Assembly: GCA_020403425.1 (NCBI GenBank)
Contig: JADBXR010000007.1
Location: 26,287-90,286 of the forward strand
DNA length: 64,000 bases
Direction of reading: 5' to 3'
DNA from: Chitinophagaceae bacterium
Lineage (GTDB): Bacteria; Bacteroidota; Bacteroidia; Chitinophagales; Chitinophagaceae
In this document: one piece after another, positions 59,574 through 64,000 of the stretch
How the letters are laid out: each line of letters begins with the position of its first letter
Position numbering within the stretch: the stretch's first letter is position 1
Notes under the pieces: model-generated
Told to the model about the DNA's origin: nothing
What the model saw: only the letters and a program-made list of their open reading frames with translations
Database searches by the model: none
Program-made: the position numbers and the translations under genes

Positions 59574-61157
59574 ATGGCAACACCAAAAGGATTTGCGAGA
59601 GCGATCATTGTGCTCACAACGGTCACAGCTGCAGTGATGGAACTGATCGACACTTCCATCGTGAACGTGGCCCTGACCGATATGAGCGGCAGCCTGGGGG
59701 TGAACATTGAGGACATGAGCTGGGTGATCACTTCCTATGCCATCGCCAATGTGATCATCATACCCCTTACCGGATTTCTCGCAGAATATTTCGGAAGAAA
59801 AAATTATTACATCGTTTCCATGATCATCTTCACCATTGCCTCGTATATGTGCGGGCAGTCTGACACATTGGTGGAGCTGATCATCTGGCGGTTCATACAG
59901 GGTGTAGGTGGCGGCGCATTGCTCTCTACCTCACAAGCCATCCTGTTCGACGCATTTGAGCCCAAGGACCGACCCATCGCCTCCGGCCTATTCGGAATGG
60001 GGATCGTATTAGGACCAACACTCGGACCAACCCTGGGTGGTTATATCATCGACCATTTCTCCTGGCCACTGATCTTCATGATCAACATACCCATCGGTAT
60101 CCTGGCCACTTTCCTCTCTTTCACATTCATTGAGAAAAAGGAAGGAGAAGGCAAACGGAAAAAAGAGATCAAGATCGACTATACCGGTATCCTGCTGCTC
60201 TCCATAGGCATCGGCTGTTTACAGTATGTGCTGGAGCGGGGCGAATCGGAAGACTGGTTCAGCAGCACTATCATCCGCATCACCAGCATACTGGCTTTTA
60301 TCGGCATGGTGGGTTTTATCTGGTACGAACTCAGCATCAAGAATCCCGCAGTGAACCTGCGTGTGCTGGGCAACCGCAACCTGGCTTTCACCACCATTTT
60401 CACGTTCGTGGTCGGTGTAGGGCTGTTCACCTCTGTTTTCGTATTTCCTGTACTGGCACAGCGCACACTGGGTTTTACAGCATATGAGACCGGCCTCACC
60501 CTACTGGCGCCCACCCTCATCACGGTGTTCATGATGCCCATAATCGGAAAGACCATGAGCAAGGGCGTTTCTCCCATCCCTTTTGTGGTAGTCGGCTTTC
60601 TGCTGTTCGCCGCTTACGCATGGATGAGTGCCAATGTCAGTCCGGATGTAGGCAAACAGGATTTCTTCGTGCCACTTGCCTTACGTGCCGTTGGCATCAG
60701 TATGGTACAGCTGCCTTTGATCAACCAGGCGGTAGCCGGTTTGCAACCTAAAGATTATGCATCCGGCATCGCGCTCAACAATATGATACGGCAATTGGGC
60801 GGTGCATTCGGCATTGCACTGGCCAATAACTATATCGCCCATCAATACGCACAACACCGCTACGACCTGGTAAGCAAAGTAACCGGCGAGTCGCAGATGT
60901 TTATCGAAAGAAGCAATACCCTTACCCAGGGTTTTATTGCCCGATCGGGGGACGTGGCCGGAGCCGCCAACAAGGCCCTTGCCACTATCAACGCAATTAT
61001 TGACAGGCAGTCATATTACCTCTCCTATCTTGACACGTTCCGGCTTACTGCTATTTTCTTTGTCCTGGTAATACCCCTGGTGGCTTTCCTGCGGGTAAAG
61101 AAAAAATCAGCCGCGGAGATCGCCGCTTCAATGAAAGCAGCTGCGGAAACGCATTAG
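59574..61157 (+). CDS. DHA2/EmrB-family 14-TM efflux permease
   Basis: 'MELIDTSIVNVAL', 'WVITSYAIA', 'RFIQGVGGG', 'GPTLGPTLGG', 'IFMINIPIG', 'VLERGESEDWF', 'RQLGGAFG'. Confidence 0.92.
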   Translation: MATPKGFARAIIVLTTVTAAVMELIDTSIVNVALTDMSGSLGVNIEDMSWVITSYAIANVIIIPLTGFLAEYFGRKNYYIVSMIIFTIASYMCGQSDTLVELIIWRFIQGVGGGALLSTSQAILFDAFEPKDRPIASGLFGMGIVLGPTLGPTLGGYIIDHFSWPLIFMINIPIGILATFLSFTFIEKKEGEGKRKKEIKIDYTGILLLSIGIGCLQYVLERGESEDWFSSTIIRITSILAFIGMVGFIWYELSIKNPAVNLRVLGNRNLAFTTIFTFVVGVGLFTSVFVFPVLAQRTLGFTAYETGLTLLAPTLITVFMMPIIGKTMSKGVSPIPFVVVGFLLFAAYAWMSANVSPDVGKQDFFVPLALRAVGISMVQLPLINQAVAGLQPKDYASGIALNNMIRQLGGAFGIALANNYIAHQYAQHRYDLVSKVTGESQMFIERSNTLTQGFIARSGDVAGAANKALATINAIIDRQSYYLSYLDTFRLTAIFFVLVIPLVAFLRVKKKSAAEIAASMKAAAETH

Positions 61158-61160
61158 GAT

Positions 61161-61206
61161 AATGAGTGAATGAGTGGATGAGTGAATTAGAGAATGGAAT
61201 GGAATG
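61161..61206 (+). repeat. Octamer array in the emrB-tolC spacer
   Basis: aatgagtg aatgagtg gatgagtg aattagag, then aatgg aatgg aatg. Confidence 0.7.
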
Positions 61207-61280
61207 AAAGAACATAAATAACAATTTACCGATCTGCTATAAACGAATCCACGGATCGGCTTTAAAAGTATAACCGTACA

Positions 61281-62561
61281 ATGAAAAAAATCATCTTTGC
61301 ATCAACCCTTTCATTGATCAGCCTGGCCAGTCACGCACAGGTGAAAGTGAATGCGGAACTGAAAAACCTGATCGGGCAGTCGTTCGGATATTTTCCGAAA
61401 CTGAAGGAAGTTGAGAATACTGTTGTCACCGCCCAGGAAAAACTGGCACTCACCCAACTGAACAAATTCCCTGAGGTTACGGCGGATGCTTCTTATGCGT
61501 ATGTCCGACCCAAGATCGAATTACCCATCAATGGCGAAAAATTCCAGTTTGCTCCCTTACACAACCTGAATGGAGCCATTAATGCCAACTATGCACTATT
61601 CGATTTTGGCAGGTTACAGGCCAATATCAACAGGAGTAAGGACGATCTTCAGTTTGCCAAACACCAGGTAGAATATACCAAGGCACAGTTGGCATTCCAG
61701 GTAGCCAATGTGTACTACAATATCGTGTTCCTGCAAAAGGCCATCAGCATCCAGGACAGTGTCCTTAGCTTCCTGAACGAGAATAGGCGCATCGTGGAGA
61801 GCCAGCTGGCGAACGGGACCGCGTTGCGCATAGACCTGTTGAACATACAGGCAGCGATCGACAACGAAAAAAACAGGAAGATCGATCTGAACAACAGTCT
61901 GCAGAAACAGCTGAACCTGCTGGAATACACTACCGGAAACAAACAGAACAACGGGCAGAATTTCGATTTTGATGTGAACCTTACGGACGCCAACAATGCC
62001 CTGATGACTGCCCAGACACAAAACCCCGATTTTATCCTTGCCAAAGACAGGATCAAACAAGCCAACAGTGACCTGGCCATCACCAAAACTGCCGATAAAC
62101 CCGTGATCGGCCTGCGTGCCGCTGCAGGTGTGAAAAATGGCTATGTTCCCTATATTGCCGATATGCGTTTCAATTACCTGACCGGCATCTCATTTTCAGT
62201 CCCTATCTACAATGGAGGCAAGAACAAACAACAACAGAAGCTGCAGCAGAACATTATCAAACAGAACGAGATGGCGGTAGAAAGCCTGAGCAGTACCTAT
62301 AAAAAAGATATTGAACAGGCCCTGACCGATATCAGTGCCAACCTGGAACGCATCAAAAATACCCAGGGACAGATTGAGCAGGCACAAACCGCTCAGCAAC
62401 TGGCCAGTGTCCGGTTAAAGAATGGTACCGGAACGAATCTTGAGATCACCAATGCCAGTACCAACCTGCAGCGGGCCGCGCTTACCAGACTGCAATACGA
62501 ATATCAGTTATGCCTGGCAAAACTGGAGTTGACCAGGTTAATGGGATACCAGTACTGGTAA
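61281..62561 (+). CDS. TolC-family outer-membrane efflux protein
   Basis: Signal peptide, coiled-coil repeats, 'VANVYYNIV', 'FSVPIYNGG', 'GTGTNLEI'; follows emrAB. Confidence 0.88.
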   Translation: MKKIIFASTLSLISLASHAQVKVNAELKNLIGQSFGYFPKLKEVENTVVTAQEKLALTQLNKFPEVTADASYAYVRPKIELPINGEKFQFAPLHNLNGAINANYALFDFGRLQANINRSKDDLQFAKHQVEYTKAQLAFQVANVYYNIVFLQKAISIQDSVLSFLNENRRIVESQLANGTALRIDLLNIQAAIDNEKNRKIDLNNSLQKQLNLLEYTTGNKQNNGQNFDFDVNLTDANNALMTAQTQNPDFILAKDRIKQANSDLAITKTADKPVIGLRAAAGVKNGYVPYIADMRFNYLTGISFSVPIYNGGKNKQQQKLQQNIIKQNEMAVESLSSTYKKDIEQALTDISANLERIKNTQGQIEQAQTAQQLASVRLKNGTGTNLEITNASTNLQRAALTRLQYEYQLCLAKLELTRLMGYQYW

Positions 62562-62581
62562 TTCCTAGTTATGAAATAATT

Positions 62582-62625
62582 GTTGGTGATCAGTGATCGT
62601 GTATGTTCCATTACTGATCACCGAC
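62582..62625. terminator. Hairpin between convergent tolC and SET genes
   Basis: gttggtgatcagtga / ttactgatcaccgac, a 15-bp stem with two G-U pairs on the + strand. Confidence 0.6.
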
Positions 62626-62627
62626 TG

Positions 62628-63011
62628 TTATTTCGTTTCGAACCAGACGGGTTTTTCATCATCGGGGGTGGCGTTGTAGTTAATGAAGAGCTCTTCGCCT
62701 GCTTCTATATGGCGTACGGTTACAATACGCATTTGCTCGTCATCAAAATCCATGTCGTAGTTACAGTTGGCCTGGTAAGAATGATTGTACATAGACAGGT
62801 ATCCCAGGCCGATACAACACTGCCGGCTTTCGGGTCCCCATTCGAAGATATAATTGTACAACCGGGTCTTCTCCACTTCCACCCTTTCCGTTTCGTTCAG
62901 TACCAATACAGGTGAGATCTCTATCAACGTACCCTCCGGGAGGGGTTCCGTGGTGAACACGCCCCTACCGCGATCACCGGATGGTGCTATGACTAATACT
63001 GGGAGGATCAT
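62628..63011 (-). CDS. SET-domain protein (putative lysine methyltransferase)
   Basis: 'RGRGVF', 'MYNHSYQANC', 'HIEAGEELFINY'. Confidence 0.9.
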   Translation of the reverse strand: MILPVLVIAPSGDRGRGVFTTEPLPEGTLIEISPVLVLNETERVEVEKTRLYNYIFEWGPESRQCCIGLGYLSMYNHSYQANCNYDMDFDDEQMRIVTVRHIEAGEELFINYNATPDDEKPVWFETK

Positions 63012-63031
63012 AGTATGAAGATAAGAGAATT

Positions 63032-63096
63032 GAACAGATGATCAGATGATCAGGTGAACTGAGGAACAAGGGACTGATGGACTGAGAGACGATTGA
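63032..63096 (+). repeat. Octamer-period array in the SET-GH130 spacer
   Basis: gaacagat gatcagat gatcaggt gaactgag gaacaagg gactgatg gactgaga gacgattg. Confidence 0.7.
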
Positions 63097-63140
63097 AACG
63101 AATAGGCTGTTCTTTATCGGAAACTTATGCTCTGTCACGT

Positions 63141-64000
63141 TTACCGATGCTTTACAGCAACCGCTATCTTTGAATCTGCTGTTCCGTAATACAGGAACCA
63201 TTTGTTCTGGAATTGTGCAAGCCCTTCTATAAAACAGACCCGGTTCACCTGTCCGGCTAGCTCGTAGGGTTTATCGGGCTTCATGAAATAGTGATCCAGT
63301 CTTTTGATCACTTTGGTGGGATCATTCTTGTCCATCAACACCTGCCCTGCTGCATACGCACCTTCTGCCAGGCTGGTATCACCGATAGCAGGAATATTGC
63401 GACTGTTGTAGATCAATAAAATCCCTTTGTCAGTAAGCATGGCCGGTGGCCCGGGTTCAACCAGGTCGCTGTCGAATTTCTTAGCCCTGCTGGGTACGAC
63501 GATTTTCAGGTCGGGCATATTCAGTGCCTGTCCCCGCAACGGAATGGGGGCTGTTTGTCCCGCTTCCATCTCTACCGGCGTCCAGATAACCAGGTCATCT
63601 GAAGTAGCGGCCCATATGTTCTGATCGCCCCAGTACATCCAGTATTTACCGTTAATTTTTGCTGCTATGATCCTGCCATGTTCATATCGGGAAACGATGC
63701 TGCCCGATTTGGACCACTGATCCAAATACTTGCCGTTCATGGCTGTTGCAAAAACAGGCCCATGTTTGGTCCAGTGCAACAGGTCCCTGGAACTGGCGAT
63801 CAGCAAACGTGCGGTCTTACCATCAAAAGCGGTATAGGTCATATAATAAGTGCCGCCCTGATCTTCCACAATGCGGGGATCCTCGCACCCACCCTGCCAT
63901 TCATATTTCCTGTAAGCATCATTATCAGGAAAGAGAACAGGCGCTGTATTCCTTGTAAAATGCAGTCCGTCCGAGCTGGTAGCAAGCCCGATCCTGGAAG
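63141..64000 (-). CDS. GH130-family beta-mannoside-active enzyme; 5' end outside the window
   Basis: The frame stays open to the window edge: 'SRIGLATSSDGLHF...EWQGGCEDPRIVE...YYMTYTA...WTKHGP...SKSG...YWGD...FDSDLVEPGPP...VCFIEGL...YYGTADS'. Confidence 0.88.
   Translation of the reverse strand, partial: SRIGLATSSDGLHFTRNTAPVLFPDNDAYRKYEWQGGCEDPRIVEDQGGTYYMTYTAFDGKTARLLIASSRDLLHWTKHGPVFATAMNGKYLDQWSKSGSIVSRYEHGRIIAAKINGKYWMYWGDQNIWAATSDDLVIWTPVEMEAGQTAPIPLRGQALNMPDLKIVVPSRAKKFDSDLVEPGPPAMLTDKGILLIYNSRNIPAIGDTSLAEGAYAAGQVLMDKNDPTKVIKRLDHYFMKPDKPYELAGQVNRVCFIEGLAQFQNKWFLYYGTADSKIAVAVKHR

Overview
Chromosomal, mostly housekeeping DNA from a Bacteroidota bacterium, most likely Chitinophagaceae. 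This rests on exact TAnnTTTG -7 promoter boxes, a UpxY, DUF2723 and Bacteroidota-type outer-membrane beta-barrel genes. I found about 56 credible CDSs and one tRNA-His(GUG), but no transposase, integrase, phage gene, CRISPR array or rRNA. The dominant feature is an 18 kb minus-strand block in which the his operon is interleaved with other genes. Its order is His attenuator-hisG-hisD-hisC-[exported sugar dehydrogenase + cytochrome c]-hisB, then two opposite-strand genes, then Trp attenuator-trpEGDCFBA running directly into hisH-hisA-hisF-hisIE. Both leader peptides (MKTFAHTHHHHFLPQG and MNQITNKYWWWHTNSVRGL) are absent from the ORF track but are readable, with terminator and antiterminator pairings. 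Other points of interest are an orphan UpxY, dispersed 7-mer and 8-mer intergenic arrays (some in long inverted pairs), a DUF5077/DUF3472-FKBP fusion, a DUF296/PPC protein with a lipoprotein-like signal, a membrane Fe-S/CCG cluster, a tandem TetR operator before an EmrAB-TolC pump, and a SET-domain gene. I cannot demonstrate a wholly new system here. The findings are ranked hypotheses, and family assignments come from motif recognition, not database searches.
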